NCBI GenBank assembly: GCA_963754315.1
Contig: CAVWFS010000019.1
Location: 448,001-512,000, forward strand
Direction of reading: 5' to 3'
DNA length: 64,000 bases
DNA from: an uncultured Candidatus Rokubacteria bacterium
GTDB taxonomy: Bacteria > Methylomirabilota > Methylomirabilia > Rokubacteriales > CSP1-6
The notes under the pieces are model-generated. The model made no database searches and had not been told where the DNA came from. It saw nothing but the letters and a program-made list of their open reading frames with translations. Every line of letters starts with the position of its first letter. Position 1 is the first letter of the stretch. Shown piece after piece: positions 1 to 10,377 of this stretch. Made by a program: the position numbers and the translations under genes.

Positions 1-606
1 TTTGACGCCGGCCACCGAGCGACCGGGCCCGCGGATCACCTCTTCCACCTCGGTGTAATTGAAGGCGCGCCCGCCGTGGCGGCAGGCGGAGAGCACGTTC
101 TCCAGACACAGACGCTCGGGATACACGAGGAGATCGTCGAAGTAGTAGCCGGCACCCCGGAGGCCTTCAGCGCGCATGGTCGGCTCGAGCCCGAGCGCGT
201 CAGACGCCGAGAGGACACGATAGCGCTCACCGCCCCCGCCCGGTGTCAGCCACTGGTAGAGCTTCAGCCCGATACGGACCTTGACGAGACCCCGCGACGA
301 ATCGCGGTGGATGGGAACGAGAAACGGCAGGGGGCGGACCAGGTGAGGCGCCAGACGTCGGAGGGTGGCGCGCTCGCGTAGCGACTCGCGCACGAGGGCG
401 ACATCGAAGAGTTCGAGGTAACGAAGCCCACCGTGGATGAGCTTGGAGGATCGCGAGGTGGTGCCGGAGGCGAAATCCCCCTTCTCCACGAGCGCCACCG
501 ACAGCCCGCGCAGTGCCAGCTCGCGCGCGATCCCGGCCCCCGCCATCCCGCCGCCCACGATGACGACGTCGAATTCGGCGTCGGTCAGCGAGTCGCGCCT
601 CGTCAT
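1..606 (-). CDS. glpD: FAD-dependent glycerol-3-phosphate dehydrogenase (5' part; runs off the window start)
   Basis: Hand translation from ATG at 606: MTRRDSLTDAEFDVVIVGGGMAGAGIARELALRGLSVALVEKGDFASGTTSRSSKLIHGGLRYLE, the GlpD N-terminal signature. ATGA overlap with the upstream stop. Absent from the ORF track because it has no stop in the window. Confidence 0.9.
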   Translation of the reverse strand, partial: MTRRDSLTDAEFDVVIVGGGMAGAGIARELALRGLSVALVEKGDFASGTTSRSSKLIHGGLRYLELFDVALVRESLRERATLRRLAPHLVRPLPFLVPIHRDSSRGLVKVRIGLKLYQWLTPGGGGERYRVLSASDALGLEPTMRAEGLRGAGYYFDDLLVYPERLCLENVLSACRHGGRAFNYTEVEEVIRGPGRSVAGVK

Positions 607-1391
607 CGCACCACCACGTCTCGGATGGATGGTAGCACGACGTCCGGGGCCACCTCGGCGATGCGCGGGTCGCCGGGCCGCGTGATCCCGCTGAGGACGA
701 GCACGGTGCCCAATCCCTGGCGCTTGCCCATCAGGATGTCGGTCTCCAGGCGATCGCCGACGACGGCGCAATCGGCTGGGGGCAGGCCCAAGATGCGCAA
801 CGCATCCTCGAGAATGATGGGAGAGGGTTTGCCCACGACGACCTCGACCCGGTGGCCGGTCACCGCCTCCACGGCGGCGATCATGCCGGCACAGTCGGGG
901 ATCTCGCCGCCGTCGACCGGACAGGTGCGGTCAGGGTTGGTGGCAATGAGGCGGGCACCGCGCCGGGTCACCGCCTGCAGCGCCGTGTTGAGCTTGGCGT
1001 AGTCGAACGTGCGGTCGAATGCGATGACGACCCAGCGCACGTACTCATCGGATCGCGTCTCGAAGCCGGCTGCTTGCAGCTCCCCGATCAGCGACGGCTC
1101 GCCAATCACGAACAGCGGCGCCCCGGGGTCCAAGCGCGCGAGATAGCGTGCCAGCACCACCGAGGAATTGACGACATCGTCGATCGCGGCCGGAATGCCG
1201 AGCCGGGTCAACGTCCGGGCGTAGTCGGCGCGGGAATACAACGGCTTGTTGGAGAGAAAGGCCACCCGCCGGCCCGCCCCCCGCAGGGCGGCAATGGTTT
1301 CCGCGGCGCCCGGGATCAGTGTTTCGCCGAGGTACACGGTCCCGTCGAGATCGAACAACCAGCCCAGGTGAGGGAGCACGAACGGGCGCAC
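603..1391 (-). CDS. HAD-IIA family hydrolase (NagD-like phosphatase)
   Basis: Motifs FDLDGTVY, LSN, GKP and VGDRLETDI. Probable GTG start at 1391 just after the nuoN stop. Confidence 0.9.
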   Translation of the reverse strand: MRPFVLPHLGWLFDLDGTVYLGETLIPGAAETIAALRGAGRRVAFLSNKPLYSRADYARTLTRLGIPAAIDDVVNSSVVLARYLARLDPGAPLFVIGEPSLIGELQAAGFETRSDEYVRWVVIAFDRTFDYAKLNTALQAVTRRGARLIATNPDRTCPVDGGEIPDCAGMIAAVEAVTGHRVEVVVGKPSPIILEDALRILGLPPADCAVVGDRLETDILMGKRQGLGTVLVLSGITRPGDPRIAEVAPDVVLPSIRDVVVR

Positions 1392-1396
1392 TTCAC

Positions 1397-2851
1397 CTAT
1401 CGAAACAGCGGGGCGACCGCAGCCTGCGCGAGATCCACAAAGGGAGCGGGCATGACGCCAAGGAGGACGATGCCCACCAGGGCGATGACCAGGGCGAGGG
1501 CGCCCGCGAACGATGGCGCGTAGAGGGCACCTTCCCCGTCCGCCTCGCGCATGTACATGTACACAACCACGCGCAGGTAGTAGTAGGCAGCCACCGCCGA
1601 GTTCAGCACCGCCAGCACCACGAGCCCCAGATAGCCCGCGCGTACCGCGGAGCCAAATACGTAGAATTTCGCAAAGAATCCGGCCAGGGGCGGAATGCCG
1701 ATGAGTGAGAGCAGGAAGAGGCTCAGGGCGCCGGCCAGAAGCGGGCTGCGGCGGGCCAGGCCGGCGTAGTCGTCGACGTTCACCGCCTCCTCGCGACCCC
1801 GCTCGCAGAGCAGGACGGCGCCGAAGGCGCCGGCGGTCGTGAAGACGTAGGCCAGCAGATAGAAGAGGACGGCGCCCGCCCCCACGCTGCCGCCTGCCAC
1901 CAAGCCCACCAGCATGTAGCCGACGTGGGCGACGGAGGAATACGCCAGCATACGCTTGAGATTCGACTGGGCGACGGCCACCACGTTGCCCACGGTCATG
2001 GTCAGGGCGGCCATGACCCAGAGGATGGCAGTCGTGTCGGGCTGGGCGATGCGGAGTGCTCCGCTCAGCAGACGAATGAGGGCCGCGAAGGCGGCCGCCT
2101 TGGCGCCGGTAGCGATGAGGGCGGCGACGCTGGTGGGGGCCCCCTCGTACACATCGGGAGCCCACATGTGGAAGGGCACCGCGGAGATCTTGAACCCGAA
2201 TCCCACGAGCAGCAGACCCACGCCGACGAGGAACATGGTGGGGGGGGACTGGCCGGCCAGGGCCGCCGACACCCGCTCGAAATTGGTGCTGCCCGTGGTG
2301 CCATAGATCAACGCGATCCCGTAGAGGAGAAACGACGAGGCGAAGGCGCCGAGCAAGAGGTATTTCATGGACGCCTCGCTGGAGGCGAGCCGCGTCTTGA
2401 AGATTCCCGCCATCACGTAGAGCGAGAGCGACATCACCTCGATGGCGAGAAACACCACCATGAGGTCGTTGGCCGACGCCAGGAACATCATCCCCGACAT
2501 CGAAAAGAGAACGAGACCGTAGTACTCGCCGGACTCCGCCCCCTGGCGCCGCAGGTAGTCGAGCGACAGCAAGAGCACGAGAGCCACCGCGTAGCAGATC
2601 ACGACATTGAAAAAGAGCGCGTAGTTGTCGAGCACCAGCATCCCCGAGAACCCGCGCTCGTCCGAGCCCCAGGAGAGGACGCTCACGATGAGCGCCACCA
2701 CCACGCCGGCGAGAGCCACGCTGCCCAGGTGCTCCTTGGAGTCCCGCGGCGGCAGCAGGTCGAGGGCCAGCGCGAGGAGCGCCGTGACGAAGACGATGAG
2801 CGGTGGCGCCAGCACGCTCCAGGCGACCGGAGGGATAGAAAGGCCGTCCAC
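1397..2851 (-). CDS. nuoN: NADH-quinone oxidoreductase subunit N
   Basis: Polytopic membrane protein with EASMKY, FKISAVPFHMWAPDVYEGAP and KRMLAYSSVAH. GTG start overlaps the nuoM stop (TAGTG). Confidence 0.95.
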   Translation of the reverse strand: MDGLSIPPVAWSVLAPPLIVFVTALLALALDLLPPRDSKEHLGSVALAGVVVALIVSVLSWGSDERGFSGMLVLDNYALFFNVVICYAVALVLLLSLDYLRRQGAESGEYYGLVLFSMSGMMFLASANDLMVVFLAIEVMSLSLYVMAGIFKTRLASSEASMKYLLLGAFASSFLLYGIALIYGTTGSTNFERVSAALAGQSPPTMFLVGVGLLLVGFGFKISAVPFHMWAPDVYEGAPTSVAALIATGAKAAAFAALIRLLSGALRIAQPDTTAILWVMAALTMTVGNVVAVAQSNLKRMLAYSSVAHVGYMLVGLVAGGSVGAGAVLFYLLAYVFTTAGAFGAVLLCERGREEAVNVDDYAGLARRSPLLAGALSLFLLSLIGIPPLAGFFAKFYVFGSAVRAGYLGLVVLAVLNSAVAAYYYLRVVVYMYMREADGEGALYAPSFAGALALVIALVGIVLLGVMPAPFVDLAQAAVAPLFR

Positions 2852-4413
2852 TAGGGCGCCGGCGCCTGATTGACGGGTTGGGCCTCGGCGGCCAGACGAA
2901 CCGGAGAGAGGCCGCGACTGACGCTCGCCTTGCTCTGGACCTCGGCGATCAGGGCCGCCACCGAGGCTTCGGTCTTGCCGGTGAAGGCCAGCGGATACAC
3001 GCCGATCCATACGATGAACACGATCACCGGGACAAGCACCGCCCACTCGCGCGGGTTGAGGTCTTGCAGTCGCCGGTTCTCCTCGTGGGTGATCTCGCCG
3101 AAGATCACGCGCTGGTACATCCAGAGTATATAGACGGCGGCGAGGATGACTCCCGTCGTGGCGAGCACGGTCATCAGCCGGTTTACCTGGAAGGCGCCCA
3201 GCAGGATGAGGAACTCTCCCACGAAGCCGTTGAGTCCGGGCAAGCCGAGCGAGGCCAGGGAGACAACGAGGAAGAGCACCGAAAAGGCAGGCATCACTCG
3301 CCACAACCCGCCGAAGTCGGCGATGAGGCGGGTGTGACGCCGCTCGTAGATCATGCCGACCATTAAGAAGAGCGCGCCCGTGGAGAGGCCGTGGTTGACC
3401 ATCTGGATCACCCCACCCACCACCCCTTGCTGGTTGAGGGAGAAGATGCCCAGCATGACGAATCCAAGATGGCTGACGCTGGAGTACGCGACCAGCTTCT
3501 TGAGATCAGGCTGGACGGTGCACACACAGGCGCCATAAATGATGCCGATCACGGCCAGGGCGAACACGAGCGGCCCGAAGGTCAAGCTGGCGTCGGGAAA
3601 TAGGGGCAGGCAGAAGCGCAGGAATCCGTAGGTTCCCATCTTGAGGAGGACCCCGGCCAGGATGACGCTGCCGGGTGTCGGGGCTTCCACGTGGGCGTCG
3701 GGCAACCACGTGTGGAAGGGAAAGAGGGGGACCTTGATGGCGAAGGCCAGCGCGAAGGCCAGGAACATGAGGTTCTGGCCGAGCCCGGTGGGCATCACCC
3801 AGCGAGCCAAGGTGGGGAGATCGAAGGTGTAGAGGCCGGTGGTGCCGCCGTGCTGGACGTAGAGGGCGAGGATGGCCACCAGCATGAGCAGCGAGCCCAC
3901 CAGGGTGTAGAGGACGAACTTGACGGCGGCGTACACGCGCTGGGTCCCGCCCCATACCCCGATGATGAGGTACATGGGGATGAGCATCGCTTCCCAGAAG
4001 ACGTAGAACAGAAACACATCCAGGCTGACGAACACGCCCAGCATGCCCGTCTCCAGGACGAGCATGGTGATCACGAACTCTTTCACGCGATCCTCGATGG
4101 AGGACCAGGCAGAGACGAGCGCGAGCGGAGTGATGAACGTGGTGAGGAGCACCAGGAGCACGCTGATGCCATCGATGCCGAGGTGATAGCCAATGCCGAG
4201 CGCAGGCATCCATGGCGCCGCCTCCACGAACTGGTAGTCCGCCACCTCGCCGTCGAAGTTGAAGTAGAGCGGCAGTGACAGAATCAGGGTGACCAGGGAG
4301 ACGGCCAGGGCGCCAAAGCGGATCCCGCGGGTCGCCCGTCGCGGCACGAAGGCGAGTAGCACGGCGCCCAGCAGCGGCAGAAAGGTCACGGCGGACAGAA
4401 GCCCGATGGTCAT
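2851..4413 (-). CDS. nuoM: NADH-quinone oxidoreductase subunit M
   Basis: FYVFWEAMLIP, KVPLFPFHTWLPDAHVEAP and LKKLVAYSSVSH. ATG at 4413 overlaps the nuoL stop. Confidence 0.95.
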   Translation of the reverse strand: MTIGLLSAVTFLPLLGAVLLAFVPRRATRGIRFGALAVSLVTLILSLPLYFNFDGEVADYQFVEAAPWMPALGIGYHLGIDGISVLLVLLTTFITPLALVSAWSSIEDRVKEFVITMLVLETGMLGVFVSLDVFLFYVFWEAMLIPMYLIIGVWGGTQRVYAAVKFVLYTLVGSLLMLVAILALYVQHGGTTGLYTFDLPTLARWVMPTGLGQNLMFLAFALAFAIKVPLFPFHTWLPDAHVEAPTPGSVILAGVLLKMGTYGFLRFCLPLFPDASLTFGPLVFALAVIGIIYGACVCTVQPDLKKLVAYSSVSHLGFVMLGIFSLNQQGVVGGVIQMVNHGLSTGALFLMVGMIYERRHTRLIADFGGLWRVMPAFSVLFLVVSLASLGLPGLNGFVGEFLILLGAFQVNRLMTVLATTGVILAAVYILWMYQRVIFGEITHEENRRLQDLNPREWAVLVPVIVFIVWIGVYPLAFTGKTEASVAALIAEVQSKASVSRGLSPVRLAAEAQPVNQAPAP

Positions 4414-6284
4414 GGGCGCGCGAGGAGGTACCCTACGAGGAGCACCGCTCCCACCAGCATGGTCAGCGCGTAGGTCACCGTGTAACCGGTCTGCCACGAA
4501 CGGAGCAGGCTGGCTCCCGCCAGGGTCGCGCGGCCGAGGAGGTTCACGAGCCCGTCGATACCCCGCACGTCGAAGCTCCGCGCGAGAAATTCGGACAGGG
4601 CAAAGTACGGCCTCACGAACAGACGATCGTAGAGAGCATCGACGTGGTAGGCATCGAGCAGAATCCGGACCAGCGGATGCCGCGCGCTACCGATGCGGGC
4701 GGCCCGCTCGGAGGAAGACCAGTACATGAACGCGGCCAGGGCCAGCCCGGCCAGCGACACCAGCACGGCCAGCACGATGAGGACAAGAGCCAGCACGCCG
4801 CCGTGGGGCACGTGCTGGCTGCCGAAGACTGGCGCCAGGAATCGTTGGAACGGTGACCCCTCCTCGGCCGGAATGCCGACGGCCACCCCCGCCCCCAAGG
4901 TCAGCAGGGCGAGGATGACGAGCGGCCACGTCATCACCGGAGGTGATTCGTGCACGTGATGCGCCACTTCCTTCGACATGCGGGGGCCGCCCGTGAAGGC
5001 CAGGAAGAAGAGGCGAAAGCTATAGAAGGCCGTGAGGAACGCGCCGAAGAGCAGGAGCGGCCAGACGACGAACTTCTCGTGGAAGGCGGTGGCCAGGATC
5101 TCGTCCTTGGAGAAGAACCCCGCGAACGGTGGCAGGCCGGCCAGGGCCGCCGTCCCGATCAGCATGGTGATGGTCGTCCCGACCATACGCGGGGCGAGGC
5201 CTCCCATCTTGCGCAGATCCTGCTCACCTTGCAGACCGTGAATGACGCTCCCCGCGCCCAGAAAGAGCAAGGCCTTGAAGAAGGCGTGGGTGACCAGATG
5301 AAAGATGGCGGCGGCGTAGGCGCCGAGACCGGCCGCCGCGAACATATAGCCAAGCTGGCTGATGGTGGAGTAGGCGAGAACCCGTTTGATGTCCGTTTGC
5401 ACCACGGCGACGGTGGCGGCGAAGACGGCCGTCAGCACGCCCACCCAGGCCACCACTTCGAGGGCCACCCCCGAGCGCTCGAACAGCGCGTGGCTGCGGC
5501 ACACCATGTACACGCCCGCCGTCACCATGGTGGCGGCGTGGATCAGCGCGGACACCGGGGTCGGTCCCTCCATGGCGTCGGGCAACCACACGTGCAAGGG
5601 CAGCTGGGCCGACTTACCGCAGGCGCCCATGAACAGCAGGAGGGCAATCCCGGTCGCCACTGCTGGCGGGATGGTGTCCACCGCCCGGAAGACGTCGCCA
5701 TAGTCGAGCGTACCGACCGCTGTCCACAGCCACAGGACGCCGAGGCCGAAGCCGAAGTCCCCCACGCGGTTGACGATGAATGCCTTCTTGCCGGCGTCCA
5801 CCGCCGACTTGCGCGTGTACCAGAAGCCGATCAGCAGGTAGGAGCAGAGGCCGACCGCCTCCCAGAACACGTAGAGCAGCAAGAAGTTGTCGGCGAGCAC
5901 CAGCATGGTCATGGAGAAGACGAACAGGTTCAGGTAGGCAAAGAACCGTGGATAGCCGGGATCGTCGTGCATGTAGCCGATCGAATACACGTGGATCAGC
6001 AGACCGACGCCGGTGACGACCAGCAGCATGATGCCGGTCAAGGGATCGACCAAGGCGGTCACCGCCGTCGAGAAGTCTCCGGCCACGATCCATGCAAAGA
6101 GTGTCGCCGTCCCCGTCTGACCACCCCAGACCTCCATGAAGACGGCCACCGAGGCGAGGAAGGAACCGGCGAGGGCGGGCACGGCAATCCAGTGAGCCCG
6201 ATGGCCCACCGCTCGCCCGAAAGCGACGTTGAGCAGGGCTCCAGCCAGCGGAAAGGCGGGAATCAGCCAGAGGGTGGGGAACAC
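4410..6284 (-). CDS. nuoL: NADH-quinone oxidoreductase subunit L
   Basis: KAFIVNRVGD, GKSAQLPLHVWLPDAMEGPTPVSALIHAATMV and HAFFKALLFL. Confidence 0.95.
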   Translation of the reverse strand: MFPTLWLIPAFPLAGALLNVAFGRAVGHRAHWIAVPALAGSFLASVAVFMEVWGGQTGTATLFAWIVAGDFSTAVTALVDPLTGIMLLVVTGVGLLIHVYSIGYMHDDPGYPRFFAYLNLFVFSMTMLVLADNFLLLYVFWEAVGLCSYLLIGFWYTRKSAVDAGKKAFIVNRVGDFGFGLGVLWLWTAVGTLDYGDVFRAVDTIPPAVATGIALLLFMGACGKSAQLPLHVWLPDAMEGPTPVSALIHAATMVTAGVYMVCRSHALFERSGVALEVVAWVGVLTAVFAATVAVVQTDIKRVLAYSTISQLGYMFAAAGLGAYAAAIFHLVTHAFFKALLFLGAGSVIHGLQGEQDLRKMGGLAPRMVGTTITMLIGTAALAGLPPFAGFFSKDEILATAFHEKFVVWPLLLFGAFLTAFYSFRLFFLAFTGGPRMSKEVAHHVHESPPVMTWPLVILALLTLGAGVAVGIPAEEGSPFQRFLAPVFGSQHVPHGGVLALVLIVLAVLVSLAGLALAAFMYWSSSERAARIGSARHPLVRILLDAYHVDALYDRLFVRPYFALSEFLARSFDVRGIDGLVNLLGRATLAGASLLRSWQTGYTVTYALTMLVGAVLLVGYLLARP

Positions 6285-6356
6285 CGGGTCACTCTAGCGA
6301 AGGCGTTATGACGCGTCAAGCAACGGCGCGCGTGACCTGCATGCTATCATCCTGAG

Positions 6357-7775
6357 GTGCGGTCGCGGTCACGCTTCAAGTCACGGTTTATCTTCGTCTT
6401 GATTCCTCTCGTGGCCGCCGTCGGCGTGCTGGCCTACGTCGGCTGGCGCCAATCCGTCCGCGGGGTGCAGGTGACCGGCGCGCCGCCCGCGCTCATCGGA
6501 CACAAGACCCCCATCACCATCGGGCTGCAGGCGACGCGCGGCAACGTGGCCGACGCCGAGGTGCGGCTGCTGCAGGGCGGGAAGACCACCGTGGTGGCCA
6601 AGCACCCGGGAACGCCGGCGCCTCGGGTCGAGATTCCGGTCACCATCGATCCGACCGCGACGGGTGTCCGCGAGGGAGACGCGACGATCGAGGTGTGGGC
6701 GCGTGACGACTTTTGGCGACCCCTGCGGAGGGACGAGCGCGCCATCGCGCAATTCCCCCTCAAGGTCGACCTTACTCCGCCCCGCATCGAGATCCTGGGC
6801 GCCACCCAGTACATCTCGCCGGGTGGAGCGGGGCTGATCGCGTTCCGGGCCGCCGACGCGACGCGGGCCGACGTACGCGTCGGAAACCAGTCCTTCCCGA
6901 CGTACCCCTACGGTCCCGCCGACAAGGGGGCGCGCCTGGCGCTCATCGCCCTGCCCCATGACTTTGGCGGCAACGCGCCAATGACGGTAAGCGCCGTCGA
7001 TGCAGCCGGCAATAGCGCGTCGCGGACGGTGCCCGCCGAGCTCAAGCCCCGGAAGTTTCCACACGACACCATCGAGATTCGCAACACCCTGCTCGAAGCG
7101 AAAGTACCCGAGCTCCTACCGCAGCGACCGCCGACGCAACCGCTGCTCGAGGGATTCCTGATCGTCAACCGCGACCAGCGTCGTCAGGCCGAAGAGGAGA
7201 AGCGAGCGATCGGGACCAAGACCGCCGGCCAGCCGCTGTGGACCGGTGCCTTTGTGCAGCCGCGGAACACCAAGGTCTTCGCCAACTTCGCCGAGAAGCG
7301 CACCTATATCTACCAGGGCAAGCCGGTCGACACGCAGGTGCACTTCGGCTATGACCTGGCCGCTACCAAGCACATGTCGGTGCCGGCCGCCAATACGGGC
7401 GTGGTGGTCTTTGCCGGACCGCTGACAATTTACGGCAACACGGTCGTCGTGGACCATGGCCTCGGACTGCAGACCCTCTACGCGCACCTATCCAGCGTCG
7501 GCGTCAAGCCGGGTGACAAAATCGAGAAGGGCCAAGAGATCGGCCGCTCGGGCACGACGGGACTCGCCATCGGTGATCACTTGCACTATGAGGTCCTCGT
7601 GCACGGGACCTCCGTCACCCCGCTCGAGTGGTGGGACGGCAAATGGCTGCGCGATCGCATCGCCAAGCCGCTCAAGGAAGCCGGCCTCCCGGGGATGGGC
7701 GGCATCGATGCGCCAGCCGAGGACGGCAAGCCCGCGGCGGCCGCCCCCAGCCCCGCGCGCCGCCGTGGCCGCTAG
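6357..7775 (+). CDS. M23 family metallopeptidase, membrane-anchored
   Basis: N-terminal TM helix. M23 zinc motifs HFGYD and HLH, with YGNTVVVDHG..YAHL between them. Confidence 0.88.
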   Translation: MRSRSRFKSRFIFVLIPLVAAVGVLAYVGWRQSVRGVQVTGAPPALIGHKTPITIGLQATRGNVADAEVRLLQGGKTTVVAKHPGTPAPRVEIPVTIDPTATGVREGDATIEVWARDDFWRPLRRDERAIAQFPLKVDLTPPRIEILGATQYISPGGAGLIAFRAADATRADVRVGNQSFPTYPYGPADKGARLALIALPHDFGGNAPMTVSAVDAAGNSASRTVPAELKPRKFPHDTIEIRNTLLEAKVPELLPQRPPTQPLLEGFLIVNRDQRRQAEEEKRAIGTKTAGQPLWTGAFVQPRNTKVFANFAEKRTYIYQGKPVDTQVHFGYDLAATKHMSVPAANTGVVVFAGPLTIYGNTVVVDHGLGLQTLYAHLSSVGVKPGDKIEKGQEIGRSGTTGLAIGDHLHYEVLVHGTSVTPLEWWDGKWLRDRIAKPLKEAGLPGMGGIDAPAEDGKPAAAAPSPARRRGR

Positions 7776-7790
7776 CATCACCGCCCCGAT

Positions 7791-8459
7791 CTAAAACACG
7801 CCGAACTTCTCGTAGGCAGCCAGCGGAGTCAGGCCGCGTCGGATCGCCTGACGCACGGCGTTCTCACTGCCGACGAGCGTCTCCGCGCGTTGCGCGACTT
7901 CGTGGGCGAGTCGCCGAGGCACAATGACGATGCCATCACGATCTGCGATGACCACGTCACCGAGGGCAATGCGCACGCCGCCGATGGTGACGGGCTGCCC
8001 CCAGTCGCTCACACGCCAGCGCGGAACGGAATCCTGCGGCGTGCGATAGCGCACGAAGGTGGGGAAGCCGAGCCGGACGATAGAGACCGCGTCCCGGGTC
8101 GCCCCGTCTATGACAGCGCCGCGCACCTTGCGGGTGTGGAACCACTGCGCGCTCAGCTCGCCGAAGTGCGCCGCCACCCTGTCGTTGGCGGCGAGCACGA
8201 GCACAGAATCGGCCGGCACTGCGCTGATCATGCCGAGAAATCGTCGCAACGTCTGGTCGCGATCGCGGGCGGTGCCCCGATGGCGTCGTCCCCGTGCCGT
8301 GAAGGCGTAGCCCGCCGTCCGCATGGCGGGATCGAGGGGACGGATGTCGGAGGGCAGTGTCTGTCCCAACAGTCCCATCTCGTCCATGACGTCGGTGATC
8401 GCGGAAGTCGGCAGACGCCCAAAGCGCCGAGGCAAGTTATCCGATCGTCGGCTCGTCAT
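7791..8459 (-). CDS. RraA family protein (HMG/CHA aldolase-like)
   Basis: SAITDVMD, AHFGELSA, VIDGATRD and GDVVIADRDGIV. Confidence 0.85.
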   Translation of the reverse strand: MTSRRSDNLPRRFGRLPTSAITDVMDEMGLLGQTLPSDIRPLDPAMRTAGYAFTARGRRHRGTARDRDQTLRRFLGMISAVPADSVLVLAANDRVAAHFGELSAQWFHTRKVRGAVIDGATRDAVSIVRLGFPTFVRYRTPQDSVPRWRVSDWGQPVTIGGVRIALGDVVIADRDGIVIVPRRLAHEVAQRAETLVGSENAVRQAIRRGLTPLAAYEKFGVF

Positions 8460-9685
8460 CGCCCGTGAGTACCCGGGGGCGATCCCTGCCGGCGGAGCGC
8501 AGTCAGGAGGGCGGCCGGCGGCACGTAGTCGCCGATCACCCCGAGCAGCGCGTCCAGCAGGTCCGGGCGCCGAGCGAGCAGGGCGGCCACGAGATCGGTC
8601 GTCCAGCGTCGCCCGATCACGGCCTGGATGGCGCGCGTCAGTCGTGCCTTCGCGCGGAATGCGTCCGCCCGCGCCCGCTCGTACGCGCTCAGAGCGCTGA
8701 CCGAGAGGTCGCCTCGGGCGAGGGCGGGCGCCGCCACCTCGACCGCCAGCTCAGCCCCGCGGAGCGCGCTGAAGATCCCCTCTCCGGTGAAGGGGTCGTA
8801 GAATCCTGCCGCGTCGCCCACCAGCAGGACCCCGCCCAGCCGCGGCGCCGTCACCCGGTAGGCGAGCGGGCCCAGGGCCACCACCGGCGCCACGCGGGCG
8901 GCGCCGGCGACCCGCCGCGCGAGATGGGAGAGCTGCTTCACCCGTGCCCCGAAGAAGACGTCCAGGCGAGCCGTATGGGGCACCACGTGGCCGAGGGGTA
9001 CGACCAGGCTGAAGTTCACCCGGTCTTCTCCCACCGGGTTGAGGATCGCATAGTCGGGCGGATCGACGAAGATCTCGCCGAGGCCATGGCAGTCGGACAG
9101 TCCGCTGATGTACGTGGCCAGGGCCATGCGCCGCAGACGGTGCGGCTTACGGCATCCCAGACGTTGGGCCACGATTGAGGCCCGGCCATCGGCGCCGATG
9201 ATGAGCGGCGCCCGGAAATCGTGGCGGCGCCCATCGCCGTCGACCGCGTGGATCCCCACCACCCGGTCGCGCTCCACGACGACGTCGGTGGCGCGCACCT
9301 GCTCGCGGAAATCAACGGGCAGCGCGCGCAGCCGGTCGGTGAGGGCACCATCGAGGATCGTGCGCTCAATGGCCAGGGCGCCGTCGCGATATGGCCGCCA
9401 GATCCCCAGCGGACGGTAGCGGCCTTCGAGCGACCGCCCATCGGGTCCGATGATCCGCATCCCGGCGAGGGGGACGGCCCCGGCAAGGTCGATCGCCTTG
9501 AGCACCCCCAGACGGTCGAGAATGCGCGCGCCTTCCGGACTCAGGTACTCGCCACAGATCTTCGTCCGGGGTGAACGGGCGCGATCGATGATGAGGACAG
9601 CAAGCCCGCGTTCGGCGAGCAAAATGGCGCAGGCGGCGCCAGCCGGACCGGCGCCGATCACGACGACGTCATGATGGGACGTCAT
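8456..9685 (-). CDS. NAD(P)/FAD-dependent oxidoreductase (geranylgeranyl reductase/flavin monooxygenase-like)
   Basis: DVVVIGAGPAG, KICGE, GADG and LVGDAAGFYDPFTGEGI. Start is ATG 9685 or GTG 9691. Confidence 0.88.
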   Translation of the reverse strand: MTSHHDVVVIGAGPAGAACAILLAERGLAVLIIDRARSPRTKICGEYLSPEGARILDRLGVLKAIDLAGAVPLAGMRIIGPDGRSLEGRYRPLGIWRPYRDGALAIERTILDGALTDRLRALPVDFREQVRATDVVVERDRVVGIHAVDGDGRRHDFRAPLIIGADGRASIVAQRLGCRKPHRLRRMALATYISGLSDCHGLGEIFVDPPDYAILNPVGEDRVNFSLVVPLGHVVPHTARLDVFFGARVKQLSHLARRVAGAARVAPVVALGPLAYRVTAPRLGGVLLVGDAAGFYDPFTGEGIFSALRGAELAVEVAAPALARGDLSVSALSAYERARADAFRAKARLTRAIQAVIGRRWTTDLVAALLARRPDLLDALLGVIGDYVPPAALLTALRRQGSPPGTHGR

Positions 9686-9687
9686 CG

Positions 9688-10377
9688 TCACCAGGTCACC
9701 GCCACCAAGCGGCCGAGGATCGGGAACCGTCGGATGCGCAGGTGCCTCCAGCCCGCCTTCGCGCAGAGCGCCCGGAGTTCGTCGGGCGCGTAGGCGCGTC
9801 GTACCGACAGCGGACCGTCGTGACGGGAGAACGCGTGTCGCGCGAAGACCCTGGTGGCGACGACCACCAGCAGCCAGGACAGCCGGGTGCGGAGCAGGTC
9901 GTTCACGACGACCCCGGCCCCGGCGGCTGCGCGCATCGCGTGCAGGCTCGACACCGCGGCCTCCGGCGAGAGATGGTGCAGGACCAGCGAGCTCACGGCC
10001 ACGTCCACTCCCTCGTCGCGAAAGGGAAGCGCGCTGGCGTCGGCGCAGACGCGCGAGACTTCGGGATAGCGCCGGCATACGACAGCAGCGAGCCCTAACC
10101 CTTCCAGGTCACGATCGAGGACCACGATGCGCAGGCGTTGGCCTCGCCGCCGCGCAGCGCGTGCCAGCCGTCGAGCAAAATCGCCCCGGCCTCCCCCGAC
10201 GTCGACGACGAGCGGACGGCCGGACACCGCGCGCAAGAGGCGACGCACGGCCGCGATGGTCAGGGCATGGCCACCGAACCAGGCGCTAAGCCGGTCGATG
10301 TCCGCGAGAGAGGCGTCGCGATCGGCCGCGGCCACGTGGCCGTCGAGATGTTCTCGCGCCCCTTCGTCGCGGCGCAT
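9688..10377 (-). CDS. Class I SAM-dependent methyltransferase (type III PKS-associated)
   Basis: VVDVGGGRGD, ADASALPF and SSLVLHH. TGATG coupling to the PKS gene. Confidence 0.88.
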   Translation of the reverse strand: MRRDEGAREHLDGHVAAADRDASLADIDRLSAWFGGHALTIAAVRRLLRAVSGRPLVVDVGGGRGDFARRLARAARRRGQRLRIVVLDRDLEGLGLAAVVCRRYPEVSRVCADASALPFRDEGVDVAVSSLVLHHLSPEAAVSSLHAMRAAAGAGVVVNDLLRTRLSWLLVVVATRVFARHAFSRHDGPLSVRRAYAPDELRALCAKAGWRHLRIRRFPILGRLVAVTW

